64,000 nucleotides of DNA from the human T2T-CHM13v2.0 reference genome, Homo sapiens. Both the position numbers and the translations under genes were made by a program. The DNA is taken from NCBI GenBank assembly GCA_009914755.4, contig CP068257.2:2048001-2112000 (forward strand). Reading direction: 5' to 3'. The first letter of the stretch is position 1, and each line of letters begins with the position of its first letter. Shown in pieces: positions 39,100-53,884 of this stretch. Under the pieces are notes generated by a model. It was not told the origin of the DNA and made no database searches. It was given only the letters and a program-made list of their open reading frames with translations.

Positions 39100-42000
39100 G
39101 AAAGGAATGGAGTGGAGTGGAATGGAATGGAATGGAACGGAGTGAAATGGAATGGAGTGCAGTGGAATGGAATGAAGTCGAATGGAATGTAATGGAATGG
39201 ATTAGATAGGAATGGAATGGAGTGGAGTGGAATTGATTGCAGTTGAGTGGAGTGGAGTAGAACGGAATGGAGTCGATTTCAGTAGAGTAGAGTGGAGTGA
39301 ACTGTAGTGCAATGGAGTGGAGTGGCGTGGAGTGGAATGGAATGCAGTGGAGTCGAAAGTAGTGGAGTGGAATGGAATGGAATTGATTGGAGTGGAATGG
39401 AATGGATGGAATGGAGTGGAGTCGGATGGAATGGAGTGGAGTGGAATGGAATGGAGTGAAGTGGAATGGAATGGAGTTGAAAGGAATAGAATGGAGTGGA
39501 ATGCATTGGAGTGGAATGGAGTGAGGTGGAATGGAATGGAGTGGAATGAAATGCAAGGCAGTGGAATAGAGTGGAGTTGAATGGAGTGTGGGGGAATGAA
39601 ATGCAAGACAGTGGAATAGAGTGGAGTCGAATGGAGTGGGGTGGAAGGGAATGGAGTGGAGTGGAATTGAATGGAGTGGAATGGAATGGAATGGAATGAA
39701 GTGGAGCACAGTGGAAAGGAGTGCAATGGAGTGAAGTGGAGTGGAACAGAATGGAATGGAGTGGAAAGGAATGGAATGGAATGGATTGGAACGGAAAAGA
39801 GAGGAGTGGAATGGAATGGAGTGGTGTGGAATGGATAGCAATGGAATGGAATGGATTGGAAAGCAACGGAGTGTAGTGGTGTGGAGTGCAACGGAATGGA
39901 AAGGAGTGAAGTGGGGTGGAATGGAATGGAATGCAATGGAGTTGAATAGAATGGAATGGGATGGAGTGGAATGGAATGGAGGGGAGTGGAATGGAATGGA
40001 GTGGATTGGAATGGAGTGGATTTGAATGGAATGGAGTGGAGTGGAATGGAGTGGAGTGGATTGGTGTGGAATGGAATGGAATGGAGTGGAATTGAATGGA
40101 ATGGAATAAAGTGGAGTGGAATGGCAAGAAACGGAGTAGAGTGGAATGGAAAGGAATGGAGTGGAATTGAATGTAATGCAATAAAGTGGAGTGTAATGGA
40201 AAGAAATGGAGTGGAGTGTAATGGAATAGACAGGAAAAGGGTGTTGTGGAGTGAAGAGGAGTGAAGTTGCGTGGAATAGAATGCAGTGGAATTGAGTGGA
40301 AGGGAATGTACTTGAGTGGAGTGGAGTGGTGTGGAGTGGAATGGAATGGAATGGAATGGTGTGGAGTAGAATGGATTTTAGTGGAATAGAGTGTAATGGA
40401 ATGGAGTGGAATGGGTTGGAACAGAATGGAGTGGAGTGGAGTAGAGTGGATAGGAATGGAGTGGAGTGGAATGGATTGAAGTGGAGTGGAATGGATTGAA
40501 TGAAATGGAGTGGAACGGAATGGAATGGAGTGGATTGGAATGGAGTGGAAGGGAATGGAGTGGAGTGGAAAAGATTGGAGTTGAGTGGAATGTAGAGGAG
40601 TGGAAAGGATTGGAGTGGAGTGGACTGGAATGTAGTGCAGTGGAGTGCAGAGGAGTGGAGTAGAGTGGAATTGATTGGAGTGGAGTGGACTGAAATGGAA
40701 TGGAATGGGATAGAGTGGAGTGGAGTTGAGTGGAATGGAATGGGATGGAATGGATTGGAGTGGAGCGGAATGGAATGGAGTGGAATGGATTGGATTGGAA
40801 TGGAAAGGAGTGGAGTGGAGTGGAATGGAGTGAAAAGGAATGGATTGGAATTGAGTGGAGTTCCATGGAGTGGAGTGGAATGGATTGGAGTGGAATGGAG
40901 TGGAGTGGAATGGAATGGAGTGGAGTGGAATGGAATGGAGTGGAGTGGAACGGAGTGGAGACGAGTGGATTCGTTTGGAATGGAATGGAATGGAGTGTAG
41001 TGGAATGGAGTGGAATGGAATGGAATAGAATGGATTGGAACGGAAAGGAGTGGAGTGGAATGGGATGGAGTGGAGTGGAATGGAATGGAATGGAGTGGAA
41101 TGGATTGGAAAGGAATGGATAGTAGTGGACTGGAGTGTAACGGAATTAAATGGAGTAGCGTGAAGTTGAAAAAAATGGAATGGAATGGAGTTGAATGCAA
41201 TGGAATGCAATGGAGTGCAATGGAAAGGAGTGGAGTGGAATGGAATGGAGTGGAGTGGAATGGATTGGATTTGAGTGGAATGGAATCGAATGTAATGGAG
41301 TTGAATGAAACGGAATGGAATGGAGATGTATGGAGTGGAGTGGAATGGAATGGAATGCAACGGAGTGGAATGGAATGGAATGGAACTAAGTGAAATGGAA
41401 TGGAGTGCAGTGGAATGGAATGAAGTCGAATGGCATGTAATGAAATAGATTTGGAATGGTATGGATTAGATTGGAATGGAATGGAGAGGAGTGGAATTGC
41501 TTGCAGTGGAGTGGAGTGGAGTGGAACGGAATGGAGTCGATTTCAGTAGAGTGGAGTGGAGTGGACTGTAGTGCAATGGAGTGGAGTGGCGTGGAGTGGA
41601 ATGGAATGCAGTGGAGACAGATGGAGTGGAGTGGAATGGAATGGAATTGATTGGAGTGGAATGGAATGGATGGAATGGAGTGGAGTGGAATGGAATGGGG
41701 TGGTATGGAATGGAATGGAATGGAATGGAATGGAATGGATTGGAGTGGAATGGAATGGAATGGAGTGGAATCAAATGGAGTTGAAAGTAATAGAATGGAG
41801 TGGAATGCATTGGAGTGGAATGGAGTGAAGTGGAATGGAATGGAGTGGAATGAAATGCAAGGCAGTGTAATAGAGTGGAGTGGAATGTAGTGGGGTGTAA
41901 TGGAATGGAGTGGAGTGGAATTAAATGGAGTGGAATGGAATGGAATGGAATGAAGTGGAGCACAGTGGAGCAGAGTGGAACGGGGTGCAGTGGAATGGAA

Positions 42001-45000
42001 CGAAATGGAATGGAGTGGAATGGAAAGGAATGGAATGCAGTGGAACGGAAAGGAGTGGAGTGGAATGGAATGGAGTGGTGTGGAATGGATAGCAATGGAT
42101 TGGAATGGATTGGAAAGCAATGGAGTGTAGAGGTGTGGAGTGGAATGGAATGGAAAGGAGTGAAGTGGAGTAGAACGGAATGGAATACAATGGAGTTGAA
42201 TAGAATGGAAAGGAAAGTAGTGGAATGGAACGGAGGGGAGTGGAATGGAATGGAGTGGAGTGGAATGGAGTGGAGTGCATTGTAGTGGAATGGAATGGAA
42301 CGGAGTGGAATGGAATGGAATGGAATAAAGTGGAGTGGAATGGAAAGAAACGGAGTGTAGTGGAATGGAATGCAATGGAGTGGAATTGAATGGAATGCAA
42401 TAAAGTGGAGTGGAATGGAAAGAAATGGAGTGGAGTGGAATGGAATAGACAGGAACAGGGTGTTATGGAGTGAAGAGAAGTGTAGTTGAGGGGAATGGAA
42501 TGGAGTGGAATTGACTGGAAGGGAATGTAGTGGAGTGGAGTGGAGTGCTGTGGAGTGGAATGGAATGCAGTGGAGTAGAATGGATTTTAGTGGAATAGAG
42601 TGTAGTGGAATAGAATGCAATGGGTTGGAATAGAATGTAGTGGAGTGGAATGGAGTGGATAGGAATGGAGTGGAGTGGAATGGATTGAAGTAGAATGGAA
42701 TGGATTGAATGTAACGGATTGGAATGGAATGGAATGGAATGGAGTGGAGTAGAATGGATTTTAGTGGAATAGAGTGTAGTGGAATAGAATGCAATGGGTT
42801 GGAATAGAATGTAGTGGAGTGGAGTGGAGTGGATAGGAATGGAGTGGAGTGGAATGGATTGAAGTGGAATGGAATCGATTGAATGTAACGGAGTGGAATG
42901 GAATGGAATGGAGAGGAGTAGAATGGAATGGATTAGAATGGTGTGGAAAGGAACGGAGTGGAGTGGAAAAGAGTGGAGTGGAGTGGAATGGAGAGGAGTG
43001 GAACGGATTGGAGTGGAGTGGACACGAATGGAGTGGAGTGGAGAGCAGTGAAGTAGAGTGGAATGGAATGGAGTGGAGCGGACTGGAATGGAATGGAATG
43101 GGATGGAGTGGAGTGGAATGGTATGGGATGGAATTGATTGGAAAGGAGTGGTGTAGAATGGAATGGGATAGAATGGATTGCAGTGGAGTGGAGTGGAGTG
43201 GAACGCAATGGAGTGAAATGGATTGGAATGGAATGGAGTGGAGTGGAGTGGAAAGGAATGGATTGGAATTGAGTGGAGTGCAATGGAGTGGAGTGGAATG
43301 GATTGGAGTGGAATGGAGTTGTGTGGATTGGAATGGAGTGGAATGGAATGGAGTGGAGTCGAGTGGATTGGTTTGGAATGGAATGGAATGGAATGGAATG
43401 GAATGGAGTGGAGTGGAGTAGAGCAGAAGGGAATGAAATTGAATGGATTTAACGGAAAGGAGTGGAATGGAATGGGATAGAGTGCAGTCGTATGGAATGG
43501 AATGGAGGGGAACGGATTGGAAAGGAATGGATTGTAGTGGAGTGGAGTGTAACGGAATTAAATGGAGTGCAGTTAAGTTGAAAAAAATGGAATGGAATGG
43601 AGTTTAATGTAATGGAATGATATGGAGTGGAATGGAAAGGAATGGAGTGGAATGGAATGGAGTGGAGTGGAAAGGAAAGCAGTGGAGTGGAATGGATTGG
43701 AGTGGAGTGGAATGGAATCTAATGGAATGGAGTTGAATGAAACGGAGTGGAATGGATTTGTATGGAGTGGAGTGGAAGTGAATGGAATGCAACGGGGTGG
43801 AATGGATTGGAATTGAACGGAGTGAAATGGAATGGAGTGCAGTGGAATGGAATGAAGTCGAATGGAATGTAATGGAATGGATTAGGAATGGAATGGATTA
43901 GATTGGAATGGAATGGAGTTGAGTGGAATTGATTGCAGTGGAATGGAGTGGAGTGGAATGGAATGTGGTCGATTTCAGTAGAGTGGAGTGGAGTGGACTG
44001 GAGTTCAATGAAGTCGAGTGGCGTGGAGTGGAATGGAATGGAGTGTGGTGGAATGGAATGGAGTGGAGTGGAAGTGAAGGGAGTGGAATGGAATGGAATG
44101 GAATAAAGTGGAGTACAGTGGATTGGAGTGGAATGGAGTGGAGTGGAGTGGAATGGAATGAAATGGAGTGGAATGGAATGGAATTGAATGGAGTGGAACG
44201 GAAAGGAATGGAGTGGAATGGAATGGAGTGGTGTCGAATGGAAAACAATGGAGTGGAATGCATTGGAAAGCAATGGAGTGTAGTGGTGTAGAGTGGAACC
44301 GAATGGAAAGGAGTGATGTCGAGTGGAATGGAAGGGAACGAAATGGAGTTGAATGGAATGGAATGGAGTGGAGTGGAATGGAATGGAATGGAGTGCAATG
44401 CAATGTACTGGACTGGAATCAAGTGGAATGAAGTGGAATTGTGTAGAGAGAAGTTGAATCTAGTGGAGAGGAGTGGAATGGAATGAAGTGGAGTGGGGTG
44501 GAATGGAATGGAGATGAGTCGAATGGTTTTGAGTGGAATGTAGTGTAGTGGTGTGGAGTGGAAGGGAATGTACTGTAGTGGAGTACAGTAGAGTGAAGTG
44601 GAATGGAATGGAGTGGATTTTAGCAGAGTGGAGTCATGTGGAGCGGAGTGTAATGGAGTGGAGTGGCGTGCAGAGGAGAGGAGCGTAACGGAATGGAGTG
44701 GAATGGGGTGGAAATTAGTGGAGTGGAATACAATGGAGTGGAACTGAATGGAATGGAATCGAGTGTAGTGCAATGGAGACGAGTGGAAGGAAGTGGAGTG
44801 GAGTGGAATGGAATGAAATGGAATGGAAAGGAATGGAATGGAATGGAGTGGAATGGAGTCTAATTGAGTGGAATGGAATGGAATGGATTGGAATGGATTG
44901 GAGTGGAGTGTACTGGAGTAGAGTGGAGTGGAATGGAGTGGAATAGAACGGAATGGAGTGGAGTAGAGAAGAGTGTACTGGAGTGGATTGGAATGGGGTG
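39100..45000 (+). repeat. Higher-order repeat of ~2.2-2.4 kb, about 2.5-3 tandem copies
   Basis: Long diverged segments recur: ggaac..agtgaaatggaatggagtgcagtggaatggaatgaagtcgaatgg.atgtaatg at ~39130/41385/43805; gagtgtaacggaattaaatggagt...aagttgaaaaaaatggaatgg at ~41150/43545; ggagtggtgt.gaatgga.a.caatgga...ggaaagcaa.ggagtgtag.ggtg at ~39815/42075/44225; gtagaatggattttagtggaatagagtgta.tgg at ~40365/42580. Confidence 0.6.
42574..42925 (+). repeat. Tandem duplication of a ~175-bp unit nested inside the 2.3-kb HOR
   Basis: agtagaatggattttagtggaatagagtgtagtggaatagaatgcaatgggttggaatagaatgtagtggagtgga...ggataggaatggagtggagtggaatggattgaagt.gaatggaatggattgaatgtaacgga occurs at 42574 and again at 42749. 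Confidence 0.85.
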
Positions 45001-48000
45001 GAATGGAATGGAGTGAAGTGGAATGGAATGGAATGGACTGCATTGGAACGAAGTGGAATGGATTCGAATGGAGTAGAGTGGAATGGAGTCGAGTGGAATG
45101 GAGTGGAATGGAATGGAGTGTATTGGAGAGGAATAGATTTTAGTGGAATGGAATGGAATGGAATGGAATGGAATGGACTGAAGGGGAATGGAGTGGATTG
45201 TAGTGGAATGTAGTGGTGTGGAATGGAGTGGAGTGGAGAGGAATGGAATGGAATTGAGTGTAGTGGAATGGAGTGGAGAGGAGTGGAATAGAGTGTGGTG
45301 GAATGGCGTGGAGTGGAATGGAATAAAGAGGAGTTGAGTGAAATGGAGTGGATTGTGTTGGAATGGAGTGGAAAGAAATGGAGTAGAGTGGAATGGAATG
45401 GAATGCAGTCGAGTGGAATAGAATGGAATGAAGTGGAATGCACTGGAGTGGAGTGGTGTGGAATGGAACGGAGTGGAGTGGTGTGGAGTGTAGTGGAGAG
45501 GAAGGGAATGGATTGGAGTAGAGTGGAATGAAATGAAATAGAATGGAGTGGAATGGAATGGAATGGAAAAGAATACAATGGAATGGAGTGGAGTGTAGTT
45601 GAGTAGAGTGGAGTGGACAGAAATGGAATGGAGTGGAATGGAGAGCAGTGTAATTGAATGGAGAGGAGTGGAATGGAATTGAGTGGAATTGTACGGAATT
45701 CACTGAAGTGGAGTGGCATTGGGTGGAGTGGAATGGAGTGGAGTGGAGTGGAATGGGGTGGAATGGAATGCAGTGGAGTGCAATGGAATTGAAAGGAATG
45801 GAATGCAATGGAATGGATTGGTGTGAAATGGAATGAAGTGGAGTAAAACGGAGTGGACTGGAGTGGAGTGGAGTATAACAGAAAGGACTGGAGTGGAGTG
45901 GACTGAAGTAGAGTGGAGCAGAGTGGAATGGAATGGGGTAGAATGGAGTGGAATGGAATGGAATGGAGTGAAATGAAATGGGATGGAGTGGAATGGAATG
46001 GAATGGAGTGAAATGTAATGGGATGGAGTGGAATGGAATGGAGTTGAGAGGAATGGATTGGAGCGGCGTGTAATAGTGTGGAAAGGAGTGGAACGGAATG
46101 CAGTAGAGTAGAATGGATTTGACTGGAGTGGAGTGGAATGGATTTGATTGGACTGGATTGGATACGACTGGAGTGGAATGGAGTCGAGTGGAGTAGAGTG
46201 GAGTGGAGTGGAATGGAGTGTACTGGAAAGGAGAGTAGTGGAATGGAATGGGGTGGAATGGAATGCAGTGGAATGGAGTGGAATGGAGTGGAGTGGAGAG
46301 GAATGGAGAGTTGTGTAATGGATTGGAGTGTAATGGAATAGAATGGAGTGGAATGGAATGGAGGGGAAAGGAATGGAATGCAGTGGAGTGGAATGGAATG
46401 TAGTGGAATGGAGTGGAGTGGAGAGGAATGGAGTGGCGTGGAGTGAAATGGAGGGGAGTGGAGTGGAGTGGATTGGAATAGAGAAGAGCGGAATGGAATG
46501 GAGTGTAAGGGAATGCACTGCAAAGGACTGGACTGGAAAGGAATTAAATGAATTTTAAAGGAATGCAACGGAATAGAATGGAGTGGAGAGGAATGGAATG
46601 GAGCAGAATGGAGTGGAGTCTAATGGAATGGAATGGAGTGGAGGGGAAAATATAGAATGGAAAGTTGTGGAGTGGAATGGAATGGAGTGGAGTGGAACGG
46701 AGTGGAGTGGAGTGGAGGAGAACTGAATTGAGTGGAGTGAAATAGAATGAAATGGAATGGAGTGGAATGGAATGGAATACAATGGAATGGAGTGGAGTGG
46801 AGTGGAGTGGAGAGGAATGGAATGGAGTAGAATGGAGAGCCATGGAATGGAATGCAGTGGAGTGGAATGGAATGGAATGGAATGGAGTGGAATGGATTGG
46901 AGTGTATTAGAGTGGAATAGAGTGGAGTGGAAAGGAGTGGAGTGAAATGGAGTGGAGCAGAATTGAATGGAGTGTAATGGAATGACATGGAATGGAATGG
47001 AATGGAATGGAGTTGAGTAGAATGGAATAGACTGGAATGAAATGGAGAGGATTGGGGTTGAGTAGAGTGGAATGAAATGTAGTGTACAGGAGTGGAATGG
47101 AGTTGAGTGGAGTGGAATAGAGTGGAATGGAATGGAGTGGAGTGGAATGGAGTGCAATGGAATGGAATGGAATAGACTGGAATGGAAAGGAATGGAATGG
47201 AGTGGAATGGAATGGAGTGGTGTGGAATGGAATAGAGAGGAATGGAATGATGTGGAATGGATTAGAGTGGAGTGGATTGGAGTTGAATGGAGTTGAGTGA
47301 ATTTGGGTGGAGTGGAGAGAAATCGAAAGTAGTGGAGTGGAATGTAATGGATTAGAGTTGAGTGGAGTGGAATGGAATGGAGTGGAGTGAGATAGAGAGG
47401 AGTGGAGTGGAACGGAATGGAGTGGAATGGAATGGAATAGAATAGAGTGGACTGGAATGGAATGGAGTCGAGTGGAGTGGAATGGAATGGAATTGAATGG
47501 AGTGGAACGGAATGGAGTGAATTGGAATGGAGCAGAGTGAAGTGGAACAGAGTGTAGTGGAGTGTAATGAAGTGGAATGGAATAGAGGGGAGTGGAATGG
47601 AATGGAATGCAAGGGAAGGGAATGGAAGGGAGTGGAATGGAGAGGAATGGATTGGAATAGAGTGGACAGGAATGGAATGGAGTGAAAAGGAATGGAATGT
47701 AATGGAGCGGAGTGGAATAGAGTGGAGAGGAATTGAGTGGAGAACAGTGGTGCACAGAAGGTTGGAGTGGAATGGAGAGAATTGAATGGAATGGAATGGA
47801 ATGGAATACAATGGCAAAGAATGGAATGGAATCGAGTGTAGTGCAGTGGAGTAGAGTGGACTGGAATGGAATGGAGTGGAATGGAGTGGTAAGTAGTGGA
47901 ATTGAATGGAATGGATTGGAGTGGAATGGAAGGGAGTGGAGAGGAGTGCAATTGAGTGGAGTGGAGTGTAGTGGTGTTTAATGGAATAGAAAGGAATGTA

Positions 48001-51000
48001 CTGGAATGGAAGAAAGTGGAATGGAGTGGAGTGGAGTTGAAAGGACTGGACTAGAGAGTAATGGAATGGATAGGAATGGAAAGGAATGAAATGCAGAATA
48101 GTGTAATGGAATGGAAAGAAATGGAATGGAACGGAATGGTGTGGAGTGCAGTAGAATAGAATGATATGCAGTGGAGTGGATTGGAAAGGAGTGGAGTAGA
48201 AAGGAATGGAGGGGAACAGAAAGCAGTGGAGTGGAATGGTGTGGAATGGAATGGAGTGGAATCGAGTCGAGTGGTTTGGAATCATTTGGAATGGAACGGA
48301 AAGTAGTGGAGTAGAATGGGGGGGAATGGAATCGAACAGAGTGCCGCGCAATGGAATGGAATGGAATGGAGGGGAGTAGAATGGAATGGAATAGAATGGA
48401 ATGGATTGGAATAGAGTGGAAAGGAATGGAATGGAATGGAGTGGAGTTGAGTGGAATGCAATGGAGTGGAGTGGAGTGGAGTAAAGTGGATTGGAGTAGA
48501 ATGTAATGGTGTGGAATGCAGTGGAATGGAGAGGAGTGGAACGGAATGGAGTGGAGTGGAATAAAATGGAGTCGAATGGAATAGAATGGAATGGTTTGGA
48601 GTGGAATGGAATGGAGTGGAGGGGAATTGAATGGAGTGGAGTGGAATGGAGTGGAATGGAATGGAGTGGCATGGAATGGATTGGAATGGAGTGGAATGTA
48701 ATGGAGTGGAATGGAATGGAGTGGAGTGGAATGTAATGGAGAAGAATGAAATGGAATGGAACAGAGTGGAATGGAATGGAGTGTAGTGGAGTGGAGTGGA
48801 GTGGAATGGAATGGAATGAAATGGAGCGCAGTGGTCTGAAATTTAGTGGTGTGGAGTGGAGTGGAGTGGAATGGAATGGAGTGGAATGGAGTGAAAAGAA
48901 TGGAGTGGAATGGAATGGAGTGGAGTGCAATGGAACTGAGTGAAATGAAATGGAAAGGAATGGAGTGGAGTTGAATGGAGTGGAGTGTAATGGAGTGGAG
49001 TGTAGTGGAATGGAATGGTATAGAGTGAACTGAAATGGAGTGTAGTGGAATGGAATGGAGTGGAATGGAATGGAACGGAGTGGAGTGGAGGGGAAATGAG
49101 TGGAGTTCAGTGGAATGAAGTGGAGTTCAGTGGAATGAAGTGGAGTTCAGTGGAATGGAATGGAATAGAATGGACTGGAGTGGAGTGGAAAGGAATGGAA
49201 CGGAATGAAATTGAATGGAGTGTAGTGGAGTGAGGTCGATTGGAGTGGAACGGAGTGGAGTGGAGTGGAATGTATTGGAGTGGAATAGAATGGTGTGGAA
49301 TTGATTGGAATGGAATAGAATTGAATGCAATGGAGTGGAAAGCTATGTAATGAAATGGAGTTGAATGGAATGGAGTGTAGTGGAATGGAGTGGAGTGGAG
49401 TGGAATGGATTGGAGAGAAGTGTAATGGTGTGGAATGGAAGGGAACACAGTGGATTGTAGTGGAGTGCATTGGAGTGGAGGGGTGTGGAAACGAATGGGA
49501 TGGTATGGAATGGAGTGGAGTGGAGTGAAATGGAAAGTAATGGAAAAGAATGGAATGGAATGGAGTGGACTGGTGTGCAGTGGATTGGTGCGGAGTGTAG
49601 TGGAGTGGGGAGCAATGGACTGAAGAGTAATAGAATGGAATTGAGTGGAATGGAATTCAAAGGAATTGAATGGAATGGAGAGTAGTCCAATGGAGTGGAT
49701 TGGAATTTAGAGGAGTAGAATGAAGAGGAGTGGAATGGAGTGGAGTGGAATGCAGTGGACTGGAGGGTAATGGGGTGGAGTGGAATGGAATGGCATGCAA
49801 TGGGGTTTAATGGAATGGAATGGGATGTGTTGGAGTGGAATCGAGAGGAATGGAGTGGATTGGAATGGAGTGGAATGGAGTTTAGTGGAGTGGAGTCAAA
49901 CGGAGTCTAGTGGAGTGGATGGCTGGGGAGTGTAGTGGAATTAAATGGTGTGGAGTGGAATGGAATAGAATGGAATGGGATGGAATGGAGGGCAGTGGAG
50001 TGGTGTCAAATGGAACGGAATTTAATGGAATGGAACGGAGACGATTGGAGTGGAGAAGAGTGGAATGGATTGGAATGGAGTGGAGTAGATTGATCTGGAA
50101 TGGCGTGCAATGGAATGGAGTGGAATGTCATGAAATGGAGTGGAGTGGAATGGAGTGGAGTGGATAGGAGTGGAATGGAATGGAGTGGAAATGATTGGAG
50201 AGGATTGGTATGTAGTGGAGTAGAATGAAATGGAATTGAATGGAATAGAGTGGAACAGACCAGAATGGAATGAAGTGGAATGGAAGGCAGTGGAGTGGAA
50301 TGGAATGGAATAGAATGGAAAGGAATGGAGTGGAGTTGAATGGAATGGAATGGAGTGGAGTGGAGTGGAATGAAATGGATTGGAATGGAGTCAAATGGAG
50401 TGGAGAGAAATGGAATGTTGCGGAGTGGAAAGGAATGGAGTAAAGATGAATGGAATCCAGGAGAGTGGAAAGGAATGGAGTTTCATGGAATGGATTGGAA
50501 TGGAGCGGAAAGGAATGGAGTAGTGTGAAATGGAATGGAATAGAATGGAATGGAATGGAATGGAATGGAATGGAATAGCATGGAATGGAATGGAATGGAA
50601 TTGAGTGGAGTGGAAGGGAATGGAATGGAATGCAATGGAATGGAATGGAATGGAATGGATGGAGTGGAACTGAATGGAGAGGAGAAGAATGGAATGGAAT
50701 GCAATTGAGTGAAATAGAGTGGAATGGATTGGAAAGGATTGGAATGGAGTGGAGTTGAATGGCATGGATTGGAATGTAATGGAATGGACTGGATTGGAAT
50801 GGAGAGAAGTGGAATGGAGGGGACTGGATTAGAATGGAATAGAGTGGAATGGAATGGAATGGAAAGGAGAGGAGTGGAATGGAGTAGAGTAGAGTGGAAT
50901 GGAGTGGAGTGGAATTTAATGGAGTGGAGTGGAATTTAATGGAGTGGACTGGAGTGGAGTGGAGTGGAATATAATGGAACGGAGTGGAGTGGAGTGCAGT

Positions 51001-53884
51001 ATGGTGCAGTTGAGTGGAATGGAGAGGAGTGGAATGGAATGGAATGGAGTGGAATGGAGTGGAATAGAGTGGAATCGAGTGGAATGAAATGGAGACGATT
51101 GGAGTGGATTGGATTGGAGTGGATTAGAATAGAATGGAATGGAGTGTAATGGAATGGAATGGAATGGAACGGAATAGAATGGAATGGAATGGAATAGAAG
51201 GGAATGGAAGTTGAGTGGAGTGGTGTGGGGTGGAGGCAATTGGACTGGGGTGGAATGGAATGGAATGAAATGGACTGGAATTGAATGTAGAGGAGTGGAA
51301 TGTAAAGGAGTGGAGTGGAATAGAATGGATTGAAGTGCAATAAAACGGAATGGAGTGGAATGGAGTGGAATGGAGTGGATTGTAGTGGAATGGAGTGGAG
51401 TGGAGTGGAGTGGAAAGGAATAGACAGGAGTTGAATGGAATGGAGAGGAATGGAGGGGAATGAAATGGAGAGGAGTGGAATGCAATGGAATGGAGTGAAA
51501 TGGAATGAAATGGAATGGAGTGGAATGGAATGGACTGGAGTGGAATGGAATCTGGTGGAGAGGAAAGGAATGGCGTAGACTGCAATACAATGGAATGGAG
51601 TGGAATGGAGTGGACTTTAGTAGAATGGAGGGGAGTTGAATGGAATGGAGTGGAGTGTAATGGAGTAGAAAGGAAAGGACGGTTGGGGAATGGTATGGAG
51701 TGGAATGGAATGGAATGAAATGGAGAGTAGTGGAATGGAAAGGAATGAAATGAAATGGAATGGAATAGAATGGAATGGAATGGAATGGAATGGAATGGAA
51801 TGGAATGGAATGGAATGGAATGGAGTGGAGTGGAGTGGATTTGAATGTAATGGCGTGGAGTGGTTAGGAATGGAGTGGTGTAGAGTAGAATGGAGTGGAA
51901 TAGAATGGAGTGGAAAGGAATGGAGAGGAAGAGAATGGAGTGAAATGGAGGGGAGGGGTTTGGAATCGATTGGAATGGAATGTAACATAGTTGAGAAGAA
52001 TTGAAGGGAAAGGAATGGAACGTAATTGAGTATAATTGACGGGAATGGAATGGCAAAAGTGGAGTGCAAGGGAGTGGAAAGGAATGAAGTGGAGTGGAAT
52101 GGAATAGAATGGAGTTGAATGGAATGGAATGGAATACAATGGAATACAATGGAGTGGAGTGGAGTGGAATTGAATGGAGTGGAGTGGATTAGAGTGGATT
52201 GGAGTGGAGTGGAGTGTAGTGGAATGGATTGGAATGGAGTGGAATGGAGTGGAGTGGAAAGGAATGGAGTGGAGTGGAATGGAATGGAGTCGTATGGAAT
52301 GGAATGGATTGTAGTGAAGTGGAATGAAATGGAGTGGAGTGGAATGGAAGGGAATAGCGTGGAATGGAATGGAATTGCATGGAATGGAATGGATTGGATT
52401 AGAAAGGGATGGCGTGGAGTAGAATGCAATGGAATAGAGAGAAATGTATTGGAATGGAGTGGAATGGAATGGAGTGGAGTGGAGTGCAATGGAATGGAAA
52501 GGAATGGAATGGAGTGGAGTGGAATGGAGTCAGTTGGAAAGGAGTGGAGTGGAATGGAATGGAATGGAGAGTAATGGAGTGGAGCGCAATGGAGTAGAGT
52601 GGAGTGGAATGGAATGGATTGGAGGGAAATGGAGTGGGATGGAATGGAGTGTACTGGAATGGAGTGAAGTGGAATGGAATGGAGTGGAGTGGAGTGGAAA
52701 TGAATGGAGTGGAGTGGAATGGAGTGGAGTTGAGTGGAATGGAATGGAATGGAGTGGAGAGGAGTGGAATGGAATAGAATGGAATGGAATGGAGTGGACG
52801 GGAGTGGTGTCGATTGGGTTGGAACGGAGTGGAGTGGAGTTGTATTTAGTGAAGTGGAGTCTAATGGAGTGCAGTTGAGTGGAATGGAATGGAATGGAAT
52901 GGAATAGAAATGAATGTACTGGAGTGGAAAGTTATGGAATGGAAAGGAGATGAATGGAACGGAGTGCAGTGGAATAGAGTGGAGTGGAGAGGAAAGGAAT
53001 GGCATGGAGTGCAATAGAATGGAATGGAGTGGAATGGAGTGGAGTTCAGTGGAATGGAGTGGAGTTGAATGGAATGGAGTGGAGTGTAATGGAGTGGAAA
53101 GGTATGGACTGTAGTGGAATGGTATGGAGTGGAATAGAATGGAATGAAATTTAGAGTATTGGAATGGAATGGAATGAAATGGAAAGGAGTAGAATGGAAT
53201 GGAATGGATTGGATTGGAGTGGAGTGCATTAGAATGTAATGGCGTGGTGTGGGTTGGAATGGAGTCGTGTGGAATAGAATGGAGGGGAATGGAATGGAGT
53301 AGAGTGGAATGGAGAGGAATGGAATGGAGTGGAATGGAGGGGAGGGTTTGTAATCTATTGGAATGGAATGTAATTTAATTGAGTAGAATTGAGGGGAAAG
53401 GAATGGAAGGTAGCTGAGTAGAATTGAGGGGAATGGAATGGAACAAAGTGGAGTGCAAAGGAATGGAAAGGAACGGAGTGGAGTGCAATGGAATGGAATG
53501 GAATGGAATGGAATGGAATGGAATGGAATGGAATGGAATGGCATGGAATGGAATGGAGTGGAATGGAATGGAATGGAGTGGAATGGAATGGAATGGAGTG
53601 GAATGGAATGGAATGGAGTGGAATGGAATGGAGTGGAATGGAATTAAATGGAATGGAGTGGAATGGAAAGGAATGGAATGGAGTGCAATGGAGTGGAGTG
53701 GAGAGGAGTGGAGTGGAGTGGAATGGAGTGGAGGGGGTTGGAGTGTACTGGAATGGAGTAGAGTGGAATGGAATGGAGTGGAATGCAACGGAATGAAGTG
53801 GAGTGGAGTGGAAATGAATGGAGCGGAGTGGAATAGAGGGGAGTTGAGTGGAATGGAATGGAGTGGAGTGGAGTGGAGTGGAAT

